From Heteronotia binoei (Eukaryota), in contig NC_083240.1 in NCBI RefSeq assembly GCF_032191835.1, positions 24,800,001 to 24,864,000 of the forward strand: DNA of 64,000 nucleotides, read 5' to 3'. Position 1 is the first letter of the stretch, and the number at the start of each line of letters is the position of its first letter. This document shows, in pieces, positions 10,620-21,591 of the stretch. A program made the position numbers and the translations under genes. The notes beneath the pieces were generated by a model. The model did no database searches. It saw only the letters and a list, made by a program, of their open reading frames with translations, and was not told where the DNA came from.

Positions 10620-11298
10620 TTCATCAGAACACTTGGCAGAACTTGGGTGGCCCAAATACTATCCATCCCAATACGGAACCCTCAAGAGTGGCCCGCAGTA
10701 GAAAGATTCAGTCAAGTCGTGAGCGGCCAGGCCTGTAGATTGCCTCTGACTACAAAAGCTCCATTGTCGACTGGTTGAAGATGGTTTGTCTCCAGCAGCT
10801 GGTGATCTGAGGTAGACTGCCACTGACCCCAGAGGCTTCATTCCAGGCTGGTTGGAACTGGCACGCTCTCTCCTGTAGCTCTTGGAAGGGTAACATTCCT
10901 CTGTCCCATACTCTGAAGACTCTGTGCTCCTGAAATACAGAAAGCGAAGCAGGGAGCAATTCTTCTTTCCTGCCTTCCTGTTTCTCTCACCTGTTGGGTC
11001 CAGGGCCAGCTTAACAAATAGGTACCGACCTATGGGCCCCTACACCTTTAGGGACCCTGGGCGGGTTTGCCTCTCTCTGCCTCTCCCCTGCAGCTTTGTC
11101 AAAGGGGCTTTTGAGAAGGTGCCTGCAGGAGATATTAGGAGATAATTTGCGGTGTGGGGGGGGGGTGCGATTTCAACTGCCTAAGGGCCTCCACAGGGTT
11201 TAAACTGGCACGTCGGGTCACAGTCCTTAATTAGAGCTGCTTTGCAGGACAGTTTGCAGTGGGAAGCTGGCTGGCAGTTTTGGAGTTTGTTCCTTTGA

Positions 11299-11601
11299 CC
11301 ATGGGTGGCCAAACTGTGGCTCTTTCACACATAGCTCTCAAAGCCCCCCATCACCCCATCAACCAGTTTGGAGAAGGCATTTGTCTCTTTAAGTCACTTC
11401 TCCAAGCCAAGCAAGCCAGCGGCTTGGAGAATATATTTAATGTTAAAGTTGCTTTCTTTCTACCTCTCCTCCCCATCTGTTTGCCTTCCAACCCTCCCTC
11501 CCTCCTTCCTTCTCTCAAATATCTGATGTTCATGCCTCGCAGCTGTCAAACATCTGATTTTATTCTGTGTGGCTCTTCCATTAAGCAAGTTTGGCCACCC
11601 C
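11299..11601 (+). mobile_element. hAT-Charlie-like MITE, same family as 8428-8730
   Basis: catgggtggccaaactgtggctc...aagcaagtttggccacccct. Confidence 0.8.
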
Positions 11602-12215
11602 TTCCTTTGATTGTGTTTCCAGGTTTGCTACAAGCGACAAGGAAACTCAGTCACTAAGATCTTTGTTCCGTGCAGCAGAACAGAGCAGGGCTTGGTTTCC
11701 ATTGTCTTCTGTTGCTGTGGCTTGAAGGTGCATCCAGTTGAATGGCTGATTTTGTAGACCTTCGCTGGGGCTGTCAATCCCCTGAAATGAGCTGTGGAAA
11801 GAAAGAACTGTGCACCAGGGTTGACAGCCTACCTCAGAGGGTCCGTCCCAGCAACTGAAAGCAATAAGTGTCTGTAACCCTGATTCAAGGCCTAAGAAAA
11901 CCTGCTGAATGTATTAATAGCTCCCAGTTCCACAGGCTTTTCTTAATTTAATCTTATGTAGTATTTTAAACCAGATGCTGGACAACCCTTATTTCTGACC
12001 GCTTCTTGTAGCTCAACAGCAGCTGCAGAAGACACCCAGGTTTGGATCTAGGATTTATTCTTTTTCCTGGCCTTCTGTAGTCTCTGAGGGAAATATTCGT
12101 GTTTCGCTCAGCGGGGTGTAGGACAGCTCCAAGGATCAGGAAAACATCCCAGATGCTGCAGTTGATGGGCTCTTTTTGGTCTGCTGCAGCAAGTTAATTT
12201 GGGATTTGGTGTCTG

Positions 12216-12234
12216 TGGTCACTAGATGGTGCCA
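12216..12234 (+). promoter_or_regulatory. Candidate CTCF site (forward orientation)
   Basis: TGGTCACTAGATGGTGCCA versus the consensus TGGCCACYAGRKGGCRSTA. Confidence 0.5.
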
Positions 12235-13158
12235 CTGCCCTGAGAGGCTTTTCTAAGCAGGCGGTTGGCTGGGAGGTGGGGAAGGTGGAGTTTGGCACCA
12301 GGTTGTTTGGATAAGCTTTCTTGGTCTTCCCTGCTGCCTAGCTCTGTCCAGAGGGCCTTCTAGGCCTTGATCCCTTGTCGTGGTAGAATCTCGCTCCTGC
12401 AGGGGAAACACAGAAGGATGAGGGAGTCTCTGCTTCCAGTTCACAGAAAAAGGACGAGGCTGGAATGGATTAGCGGGTGGTGTGCCGAGGTGATGGTTTG
12501 GGTTAGGCCAGGGGGCCCCTGACTTTTTTTGAGCCTATGGGCAGCTTTGGAATTCTGACATGGCCTTGTGGGCGCAGCCACAGATTGGCTGCCACAAAAT
12601 GGCTGTCGTAGGAAGTGGAGCCAGCAACAAAATGGCTGCCACAGCTTATCTTCAGTCACACCAGCGAAGATCCTCGTGCTGTGGCAGCAACCTTTAAAAA
12701 GTTTGCACAGTTCTCTGATGGTCATTCCAAAGCCTTGCTGGGCAGACGCCTCACCTGACTCCACCCACTTCCTAAAACCACTTGGCGATTGCCAGAAAAG
12801 GCGTTTTCAGGCACCACCTAACCCACAGGCACTGCGTTGGGACCCCTGAAGGAATAAATGTGGTTATTCAGAATTCTTTCCTGGATCTGCCCCACAGTTC
12901 TTGGATAATGAGCAACTGGTTTGGCCTGCAGAGGCAAAGCACACCCCACAAGAGACCAGCTGGCTTTCAGCCCTATTTCTCCCCAGCTCTTTTCCTCCTT
13001 GAAAGCGAGAGAAGGGATAGCACAGATATGCTTCCAGGTCACCTCCATCTCCCTTGTTCTGTCTCCATGAGTGAAGAAATGCCTCAGAAGGACATTGAAA
13101 GGAAAGGCCAAGAGGAGAAGCAGAGAGATGCACAGTCCGGTTTTTATTGCTGCTCTCC

Positions 13159-13308
13159 CAAGGCTGGCCCTGCCACTAGGCGAGCTAGGCAATTGCCTAG
13201 GGCACTGGCCTTCAGGGGCACCAAACTGGGTACTCCCCATGTGACTCAGTGTGGCGGGGGCAGAAGTGAGCCTTGCCTAGGGTGCCAGACAGTCTAGGGC
13301 CAGCCCTG
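13159..13308 (+). mobile_element. 150-bp hAT MITE with perfect TSD
   Basis: TIRs caaggctggccct / agggccagccctg; TSD TGCTCTCC at 13151-13158 and 13309-13316. Confidence 0.85.
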
Positions 13309-13465
13309 TGCTCTCCTTCTGCGCTCAAGAAACAAGGAAATGATGAGTTTAGTAGGACAAAGGGCCAGATTCAGCTCCAGGGCTTATCTTGCCCACTCCT
13401 CCCCCCCTGCCAACTGCATTCCTGTCTGTGCGGGTGTGATGTTTGATCAGCTCTTCACCAAACAG

Positions 13466-13695
13466 GGGGCTTTCTGTGCCTGACCACACGGGACAACCAG
13501 AGCAACCTGCGTTACAAAAGCCAGATGCAGCAGCTGCTGGATGACCTGGAACAGCGAGGATTGTGGGAAAAGGTCAAGGTGCAAGAAGTCGAACAGTGGG
13601 AGAGGGCAACATCACAACAGGAAGCCAAGGGGGGCTCAGACTACATTTCTGGGGTGATTTACCTGTACCGGAAGACTTCAAGGATCAGCTGTTGA
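13466..13695 (+). CDS. METTL27: METTL27 coding exon 5 (terminal)
   Basis: Acceptor aaacag|; GGFLCLTTRDNQSNLRYK...SDYISGVIYLYRKTSRISC* with TGA at 13693-13695. Exons sum to 711 nt = 236 aa plus stop. Confidence 0.93.
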
Positions 13696-13852
13696 GGGAG
13701 GGCATTAACCCTCTGGAAGACTCCCCAAGGCAGCTTTGGTCCAATAGGTGACAAGGAGAGGCTCTTGGGAAGAGCGGGTGCATTTCCAAAGCGCTTCATT
13801 CCAGAACCTGTTCTTCCTACCAGGACTCAGTTTTGGAACACGTTGAAGTAAT

Positions 13853-13858
13853 AATAAA
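13853..13858 (+). terminator. METTL27: METTL27 polyadenylation signal
   Basis: AATAAA ~160 nt after the stop codon. Confidence 0.65.
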
Positions 13859-14911
13859 GCAAATATGCACCTTGGATCATATACCTTCCTTTACTATCAT
13901 AAGCCTGTCCATCTATAGTTCTCATTGTCAGCCCCAGATTTGGAGATTTGGGGGCAGAGCCTGGGGAGCATGCTTTGCAGGGTCATGATGCCAGAGAGTC
14001 CACCCTCCAAAGCTGTCGTTTCCACCAAGGGGAAACGATCACTGTCATCTGGAGATCTGTTGTAATCCCAGGAGGTTTGCACTTCTGTCTCTGAAGGCAT
14101 GCCTTCCATAGACTTCACAGCACCTCTTTTTGGGGGAGTGTTTCCAAAACCGTATATCTGCAAAGTTAAAGTACTTGTTCTTTGAATCCTGTGCTCATCA
14201 AAAATCAGGGGTGAGACTGGTTGATGTGTTTAGCAAAATAAACCTTCAAGGATTTCATCAAAGTTGTGTGGGTATTGTATTTTTCCCGTCCTTGTAACTG
14301 CAAGTTTTTGTCCTGTGGGAAATGCGGCCTGATAGCAGAGTAAAATGCAGATTGGGGCGGGGGGGGGGGCGGTTCCCAGCCCTGTGAAGGCAGTGGGTGC
14401 TTTCAGTTTTTTTAGAACACTGGGTGGGGGCCACTGCAAAATGGCTGCCATGGTAGCTGGGACCAATCACAATACAGAAAGGTGCCAAGCCAAGGATCAC
14501 CCTTTGGTGGAGGCAGCTGTGTCTGAATGGGTGTCCCTGCAGACCTTCAAAGGTGAGGACTCCTGGGCTCTTCTGAAGCTCCTCTTACTCCAGGGAGGTG
14601 AAGAAAAGCCAGGACTGGCTCTTTGCTTTGGGAAAGAAGCTAGGGGGTCCAGGGAAACATCAGCAGGCACCCAAGGACACCATGTTGGGGATTACTGCCT
14701 TATTGGATACCAGCTGTAAGTTGTGAAAATCTACCTGAGAGTAGCAGGGAAAGAAGGCTGTAGTGCTGCTATGTACCATTAACCTTATTCTCACCCACTC
14801 CCTTGTCATTTCCATATCCTGAAATCCCAAATGGGAGAAGTAAATCTCACTTCTTGCTCAGCTGTATTTCTGATGCTTCCCTTCACCTGCAGAGAAGCTT
14901 ATAGAAAAGAC

Positions 14912-15085
14912 CAGGGCTTTTTTTGAGCAGGAATGCAGTTCCGGCTGGCTTGACATCAGGGGGTGTGGCCTGATATGCAAATCCATTCCTTCTGGGCTTT
15001 TTCTACAAAAAGGCCCTGTGTGAAACAGTGGTGATGTCGGGGGGTGTGGCCTAATATGCAAATGAGTTCCTGCTGGGCTTTTTTG
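14912..15085 (-). mobile_element. Octamer/CACCC-bearing hAT MITE (partly duplicated)
   Basis: CAGGGCTTTTTT TIR; two gtgtggcc(t)(a/g)atatgcaaat blocks. Confidence 0.75.
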
Positions 15086-15320
15086 TTAAAGACCCACCTA
15101 GCTGTACTCTAATGAAAGCCAGCCCAGTTACCTCTGTCTGATGTTTATCCCCAACATCTGCTCTACTGCCTCTTTACATGGTAGTGCTGTTCAGTTTTGG
15201 AAGGGTTGGGGCAAAAGGAGGCAGCAACTCCCCCTCTTTCTTGATTGGATGGGGTAGGAGAGTTTCCCGAGGTGTTCTCTGCATTTGCAGTGTGATGCGC
15301 ATTTGCATTTGCAGCGTGAT

Positions 15321-15443
15321 GCTTTTTTTGTGGCAGGAACTCCTTTGCATAATAAGGGCCTACTGTAAGCTCCAGGAGGACTGGCTACATCAGGGGTGTG
15401 TGGCCTAATATGCAAAGGAGTTCCTGCTACAAAAAAAGCCCCG
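15321..15443. mobile_element. Palindromic hAT-like MITE, internally deleted
   Basis: gcaggaactcctttgcat...atgcaaaggagttcctgctacaaaaaaagccc. Confidence 0.75.
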
Positions 15444-16482
15444 GCAAACCAACAGCTGCATGCTGCATTAAAAAGAGCAAGCCGGAGCTACATCTGAGCA
15501 CGTGCAAAGTGTATTTCTGTCCCAACATACACTGCCTCTACAGCTGCAGTTTATGATGAAGGGCTGAGGCTCATGTTTCTGATTCTGCTATCCTGTAGTG
15601 GAAGAGCCTTATCCCGAAGTTCTAAAGGAATAATTTGTTCCTCTGCTTGTTGAGTGTTTTCTTGGAGTAGGGACAAGGAGCCTTCAAAGTCAAGCAAGTG
15701 CAGGCTTTTAATCCCATAACTGTCAAAAAAGTGGGTAAAGTTTTGGACCGCATCCTGGGAGACCTGGGTTCAAATCCCCACTTCTTCCATGGAAACTTAT
15801 TGGTGCCCTTGTGGTTGGTACACTTTCTCAGCCTGGCCTGCCTCACATGGTCGTCGTGAGCAAATGGAAGAGAGGATAATAATGTTCTAAGCCGCTTTGA
15901 GTCCCAGCTGGAGAGACAAGAGTGGTGCTTCTGTGTGCACATGCATTTGGAAAACAGACTTTATAAACCCAACTTAAACCCAAAATTGTGAAGGACGTCA
16001 GAATGTGTGGCTGAGGCTTTTTTTTTTAAATGCAAAAAAATATATATATGGCTACCCCTGCCAACGGCTTTGTTCTGTGGACCGAGGGCAGTCATCTTTG
16101 GAGTCACCAAACTGGTTCCCCCAGTGAATTTATGACTTTCTGCCAGCTTACGTGTGGGCAGGAAGAAATAGCTTGGAGGGGAAAGGAAGCGCCCCCTCGA
16201 TAGCGGTTTAACTTAATGGCAAGCAGTCATAAACGAGGTCCGTGAGGCCAACCCAGATCAACCTAAAAAAACGGCAGAGTGCTGTGTGACAACAGACAGG
16301 CCCTCTCTTCGACACTCCCTAGCAAGACTTTTGAACGACGGCACTTTTCTCCCAGACAGCCTAGCAGAGAATTAGACCAGCCTCTGTACCAAGGGCATAG
16401 TCGGATATTAAAATGGCCCAAGAGCCAGAACTACAAGGGATGATAGGCGTTGGCTCACTTACAGTGGTGTAAGAGGAGGCAA

Positions 16483-16784
16483 GATGGAGCCCCGTGGCAT
16501 AGTGGTAAAGCTGCAGTACTGCAGTCCAAGCTCTGCTCGCGACCTGAGTTTGATCCTGGCGGAAGCTGGGTTCAGGTAGCTGCCTCAAGGTTGACTCAGC
16601 CTTCCATCCTTCCGAGGTCGGTAAAATATGTACCCAGCTTGCTGCGGTGGGGGGGGGGGGGGAGTGTAGATGGCAGGAAGGCAATGGCAAACCACCCCGT
16701 AAAAGTCTGTCAAGAAAATGTGGTGACATCACCCCATGGGTCAGTAACGACTCGGTACTTGCACAGGGGACTACTTCACCTTTC
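16483..16784 (+). mobile_element. Sauria SINE, full length with TSD
   Basis: Diagnostic core caaggttgactcagccttccatccttccgaggtcggtaaaat; tail gcacaggggactac; 13-bp TSD TAAGAGGAGGCAA at 16470-16482 and 16785-16797. Confidence 0.9.
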
Positions 16785-17171
16785 TAAGAGGAGGCAAAAG
16801 ATGAAGTGGTGCCCACGGTTGGCTAGGGCTGGGCTGAATGGCCCCTGTAGCACTGGCAAAGCTCTTCAATCCCATTTTGCTTTCGGTAGCTCTTGAGGGA
16901 AAGCGGAGCTTCCTGAAAGAAGCAGAGGCGTGCTTTTGGCTTTACTGCTGTTTTAATGTTTTTATCACCTTGCTAAATGTTATATTAGGTGACTTCAGGA
17001 GGGTGGGAAAGACAGAATGTTCCACAGTGGCAACGGCCAGGGTGTGGTGAAAACCTGTTAATTATTGCCAGTGTCGATTCATTTTGTACTCTTTCAAAAG
17101 AGAAATAAAATTCAAAGGCACATAAGACACACAAGATCCTGAGGACAAAACGCCTGGTGGAGGGAGTACAC

Positions 17172-17275
17172 AGTGACAGAAAAAAGTTAGAGTCCAGTTG
17201 CACTTTTAGGATCAACAAAGTTTTATTCAAGGTATAAGCTTTCATGTGTATATACACTCCTTCAGCTACAAACAC
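17172..17275 (-). mobile_element. Probable Penelope-like element terminal remnant
   Basis: Reverse complement reads gaaagcttataccttgaataaaactttgttgatcctaaaagtgcaactggactc, a motif I associate with reptile Penelope ends. Assignment from memory only. Confidence 0.4.
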
Positions 17276-17785
17276 AGAAAGTGTGAGCCAGGAAGGGCCT
17301 TTGAATCGCACTGCTCTATATAACCCAGTTGGATTTTTATGGTGCATTCCAGTTCTAGGATTCTGCTGCATAAAATTGTTATAAAATATATTTTGCTGTC
17401 GTTTAGCTTGGACAGGGGGAGGAGATGGGGAGTTAACCCCCCTCACCCTCCCAAAAAAAACCCCCTTACTGCAACACTAGAAATGGCCCTGGACATTTGC
17501 CCCCAAAGTCTTCCTGTGTGAGATCTAAGGGGTCCTCCTCTTCACCAGGATGTGATGCCCAGATTGCTTTTTCTGACAGCTGGCTCTTTAAAGGAAATCC
17601 TCAGCTAGTAGCAGGACGGTAGCCAGGATTTCTCATTTTGTGGGGCACATATGTTTTCTTGTGGGGCACCCATTATGGCTAGCTGAGGGGAGTGAAACTG
17701 ACTGAAAGCAGCAGGGCAGTTTTCTTTCCTTCCCCAGCTTCCCAGCTGCTTGGGGGGGTGGGCTGGGGAAGGAAAGCTTTAAAAA

Positions 17786-18072
17786 GTAAAAGGTCGTCCC
17801 CTGTGCCAGCACCAGTCGTTTCCGACTCTGGGGTGACATCGCATCACGACGTTTTCACGGCAGACTTTTTACGGAGAGGTTTGCCACTGCCTTTCCCAGT
17901 CACCTACACTTTCCTCACAGAAAGCTGGGTACTCATTTTACCAACCTCGGAAGGCTGAGTCAACCTTGAGCCGGCTACCTGAACCCAACTTCCGCTGGGA
18001 TTGAACTCAGGTCATGAGCAGAGAGCTCGTACTGCAGTACTGCAGCTTTACCACTCTGCGCCAGGGGGCTCC
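17786..18072 (-). mobile_element. Sauria SINE
   Basis: Reverse complement of the same core (gggtactcattttaccaacctcggaaggctgagtcaaccttgag). Confidence 0.85.
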
Positions 18073-18389
18073 CCTGCCATTTTTAGTCAGTTTCACTCCC
18101 CTTTGATCTGTTAGCCAAACACCTAGAAGCTGATCAATTGGGAGTGAAACTGACCAAGGAAGAGCAGCTTCCTTTTCTTTCCACAGCCTCACTGCCACTG
18201 TGAGGTTAGATGCACTGGGGGTCAAGTGGTGGGGCAAGGCTCCTGGGTGGGGGGGGACCCTGACCCCAAATGCCCCACCGTGGCTAGGGGCCAGCTTAGT
18301 AGGGTCCGTTTCTTCCCCTTTGAGTCAAGACAATGGCTTCTTTGCATCCGACTCCGTGCTTACAGCACACACCTCCTCCTATGAGCCTG

Positions 18390-18952
18390 CCACCTTTTAG
18401 AATTAAATGTTTTAAAATGCTGAATTAAGCACAGCTAGGGACCCATGCTTTTTTTTCATGGCACACTGTCAGAAGGCATGATAATAAACTTTCACAGGAC
18501 ATTTCTAGGAACAGCAGAATAGCTAGAAAAATCCAGAGGACCAGGGGAAAGCAAACAGTACCACAGATTTTTTTTTAAAAATGTTTGCTTTTAAAAGCCT
18601 AGTTATGCACAGCTAGGAAATACGGTGCATTTGCATTGCCAATCAGAGGGCATGAGAATAAACTTTCACAAGACATAAGTGCCACAGGTCTTTTAAAGGT
18701 TTGTTTTAAACTGCCAGATCACGCAGCTAGGATGCACATTTCTTTCGCATGGTGCAAATGTTGTCGGTGTGCACAATGGCCAGTCAGAGGGGTATGGGAA
18801 TAAACTTTCACAAAACAGATTGTACCACAAGTTTTTTAAAGACTTGCTTTAAAATGTTATATTACAGACAGCTAGAATGCATGCTCCTTTCGCATGGTAT
18901 AAACATTGTTGGCGTGTGCAATTGCCGATAAGAAGGCACAAGAACAAACTTT
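18390..18952. repeat. Degenerate tandem array, four units of about 143 bp
   Basis: AATAAACTTTCACA at 18483, 18657 and 18799, AACAAACTTT at 18943; each unit also has cagctag and gt(a/g)ccaca motifs. Confidence 0.8.
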
Positions 18953-19449
18953 GGGGACTGCAGAGTGGCTGGATGGGTGTAAGAAGATGCACTTCAGGGA
19001 GCCTGCCTTGACAATCTTGTGGGATAAGCCTGCTTTACAGCTGAGGGCTGAGAGAAAGTGCCTTCTCCAAAGCCACAACCAGTCAGTCTGTGTCACCTTC
19101 AGGACTTCAACTGGGGTCTGTCATGCTTCAGTTGACCGTTCTGCACCCACGTGATTCTTGCTAACGCAAATACTGTGGCCATCTTTGGGGAGTTGTGGCT
19201 TGTGCAAGGTTAAACAAGGGAGTGCCCCTGAAGCCTCCATCCCCAGCCAGATGTGACTCGTTTGCCGCTGCCCCTCATCTCTTGCAGCCTCTCTCCCTCA
19301 TCCCATTGTGTCTCACCACTCAACACCACACCTCCACTCATCTCACTGTCACCACCCAGCAAGGAGCTGAAGCAGCTAGATCCAGGCGTAAAGGCAAGCT
19401 GCCCATGCAAAACAGAACTTCCTGCACTCCTCCTTCAGGAAGCCTGATT

Positions 19450-19657
19450 GAGAGCCAGCACGGTGTACTGGTTAAGAGCAGCAGTCTCTAACCTCGGGGG
19501 CCAGGTCTGATTCTTCACTCCTCCACATGCAGCTGCTGGGTGACCTTAGGCTAATTCTCTCAGCGCTCTTCTCTCCAGAGCAGTTCTCTCAGACCTCGCT
19601 CAGCCCCACCTCCCTCTGTTGTGGGGAGAGGGAGGGAAAGGAGATTGTAAGCCACTC
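19450..19657 (+). mobile_element. Squam3-like SINE (diverged)
   Basis: gagagccagcacggtgtactggttaagag head plus the typical body. Confidence 0.7.
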
Positions 19658-19672
19658 ATACTCCTGGGGGAA

Positions 19673-19894
19673 GCTCTGCTAGTGGAAACGTTATAACTCC
19701 CATACACATTTTTAAGGAGGATCTATTTTCACTAAGGGCATCAATATGTTCCACAAATTCTCTCCCAAGCTGTTGGCAGCTTTAGTTCCCAGGATTCTCT
19801 GGAGGAAGCAGTGCTAGCAAAAACGCTATAAAACTCATACATATTTTGTAGCAAGATCTATTTCCACTAAGAACATCAATATGTTCCACAAATT
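19673..19894. repeat. Local direct duplication, 135-bp period
   Basis: gatctatttt(c)cactaag..catcaatatgttccacaaatt ends at both 19759 and 19894. Confidence 0.8.
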
Positions 19895-20091
19895 ACACAA
19901 GACTGGGCTGGTGTGGACATTTCCTCAGCACCAAAATGCCCTCTGAGCTTGAGCTGTGAGAGAGAGATGTGGAGGGCTTAGGAATCCTGATTGAGCATCC
20001 CTCAGCCTCTGTGAACTCCCTTCGCCTGTCAGAGTCCTGAATAAGTACCTTCTCCATGAGGTACAGAGGAAGAGAGGTTTTCTAAGGGAAG

Positions 20092-20739
20092 CTACACGTA
20101 GTCTTTCCGGGCATAGCTCCCCGGGTTGGAGTGTTTTGCCGCACAATATCTCACCGGGTGGGGCTTCTTGGCCTTGTTCTGAGGGAAAAGGCAGCAGAGG
20201 GTGGACCCCCCGAACACCAAGAGGGCACTGGCCGCCCAGCCCACATACAGTGCGACGCCCAGCTCTCGCTTCAGGGCTTCAGGCACCAGCGGGTTGTAGA
20301 AGTTGCTGATGATGGAGTTGGCTGACCAAGACACGGGAACCAGAAGAGCCAGCCCCGCCAGGATGAAGACCGTGCCAGCCACCGCCGAGACTCTGGCCTT
20401 GGCGCTTCTCTCCTCCACGCAGCGGGTGCACTCGGCACCAACGATGGCGATGAGGAGGGCCAGGAAGGCCATGGCAATGGAGACCACCACAAGGGCACGG
20501 GCGGCCTGCAGGTCTGACGGGAGGTCCAGCAAGGAGTCGTAGATCTTGCACTGCATCTGGCCGGTGCTCTCGTAGACGCAGTTCATCCACAGGCCTTCCC
20601 AGAAGACTTGAGCCACGATGATGTTGGAGCCGATGAAGGCCGTTATCTTCCACATGGGCAGGGCACAAGCTAAGATGGCCCCCAAGCAGCCCAAGACCGA
20701 CAGGGCCAGCCCCAGCAGCTGCAAGGCCAGGACCGCCAT
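20092..20739 (-). CDS. Classic claudin, CLDN3/4-like paralogue, 215 aa; orthology unresolved
   Basis: Intact ORF; signature W-EGLW-C-C (FWEGLWMNC...QCK); four hydrophobic segments; juxtamembrane cysteines; ECL2 [11 protein letters not shown]; PDZ-binding C-terminus KDYV. Confidence 0.95.
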   Translation of the reverse strand: MAVLALQLLGLALSVLGCLGAILACALPMWKITAFIGSNIIVAQVFWEGLWMNCVYESTGQMQCKIYDSLLDLPSDLQAARALVVVSIAMAFLALLIAIVGAECTRCVEERSAKARVSAVAGTVFILAGLALLVPVSWSANSIISNFYNPLVPEALKRELGVALYVGWAASALLVFGGSTLCCLFPQNKAKKPHPVRYCAAKHSNPGSYARKDYV

Positions 20740-20741
20740 GC

Positions 20742-20780
20742 CTGGAAAAGAGCACAGGGGTTGGTGAGGAGGAACAGATA
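20742..20780 (-). other. Splice acceptor 2 nt upstream of the claudin ATG (5' UTR intron)
   Basis: Minus strand reads tatctgttcctcctcaccaacccctgtgctcttttccag|gcATG; AG at 20743-20742. Confidence 0.7.
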
Positions 20781-20884
20781 GGGCTGGTGAAGGGGATGGG
20801 TGTGAATCCAGTGCTCCTCAGCCCCTCAAATCAGAATTTATTTTTATTTTACTTCATGTATACCCCACCTTTCTCTCACAGTGG

Positions 20885-21153
20885 GGACCCAGTTTGGTGT
20901 AGTGGTCAAGTGCGTGGACTTGGGAGAACCGGGTTTGATTCCCCTCTCCTCCACATGCGCACCTGCTGATGTGACCTTGAGTCAGTCACAAGTTCTCTCA
21001 GGACTGTTCTCTCAAGAGCAGTTTCTGTCCTAGCTCTCTCAGCTCCACGTACTTCTCAGGGCATCTGTTGTGGGGAGGGGAAGGGAAAGAAGATTGTAAG
21101 CCGCTCTGAGACTCCGAGTGAAGGGTGGGGTATAAATCCAATCTCTTCTCTTT
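20885..21153 (+). mobile_element. Squam3-like SINE
   Basis: ccagtttggtgtagtggtcaag head; tataaatccaatctcttct tail. Confidence 0.8.
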
Positions 21154-21371
21154 TCTTCGCTTCACTTCTCTTCTCTTCATACCAATAAAGGCTGGCTCAC
21201 TGACTGACTGGCTGGCTGACAGACATTCTCCTCTTTTCCATTTTATCCTCATAACAACCTTGTGAGGTAGGTTAAGCAGTGACTGGCCCACAGATCACCC
21301 AGCAAGCTTCCACGGAGAGTGGGGAATTCAGACCTGGGTCTCTCAGATCCTGGTCCAACACTCTAACCACT

Positions 21372-21591
21372 TAGGGTTGCCAAACCCCAGGTGACACCTA
21401 GAGATCTCTCGCTGTTATAGCTGATCTCCAGCCAACCAAACCAAGATCAGTTCCCCTTGCAGAAAATGGCTGATGTGGAGGGTGGACTCCATCGTATCTT
21501 GCTGAAGTCCCTCCCCTCTGCAAACCCCACCCTCCCCAAGCTCCATCCCCAAAACCTCCAGGTATTTCCCAACCCAGAGCTGGCAACCCTC
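21372..21591 (+). mobile_element. hAT-like MITE (TAGGGTTGCCA family) nested in a SINE head
   Basis: TIRs TAGGGTTGCCA / TGGCAACCCT; perfect TSD TAACCACT at 21364-21371 and 21592-21599. Confidence 0.85.

Noticed and set aside
18390-18952. Repeat-spacer pattern superficially like CRISPR
   Set aside because: Vertebrate context, whole units are homologous rather than unique spacers, and there are no cas genes.
20092-20739. Extra claudin as a processed pseudogene
   Set aside because: The ORF and all signature residues are intact, there is no poly(A) or TSD scar, and a genuine-looking acceptor precedes it.
20131-20755. Alternative-frame and antisense ORFs overlapping the claudin genes (also 28852-29301, 29169-29378, 51915-52256)
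   Set aside because: Expected shadows of GC-rich, codon-biased CDS; no independent protein signature.
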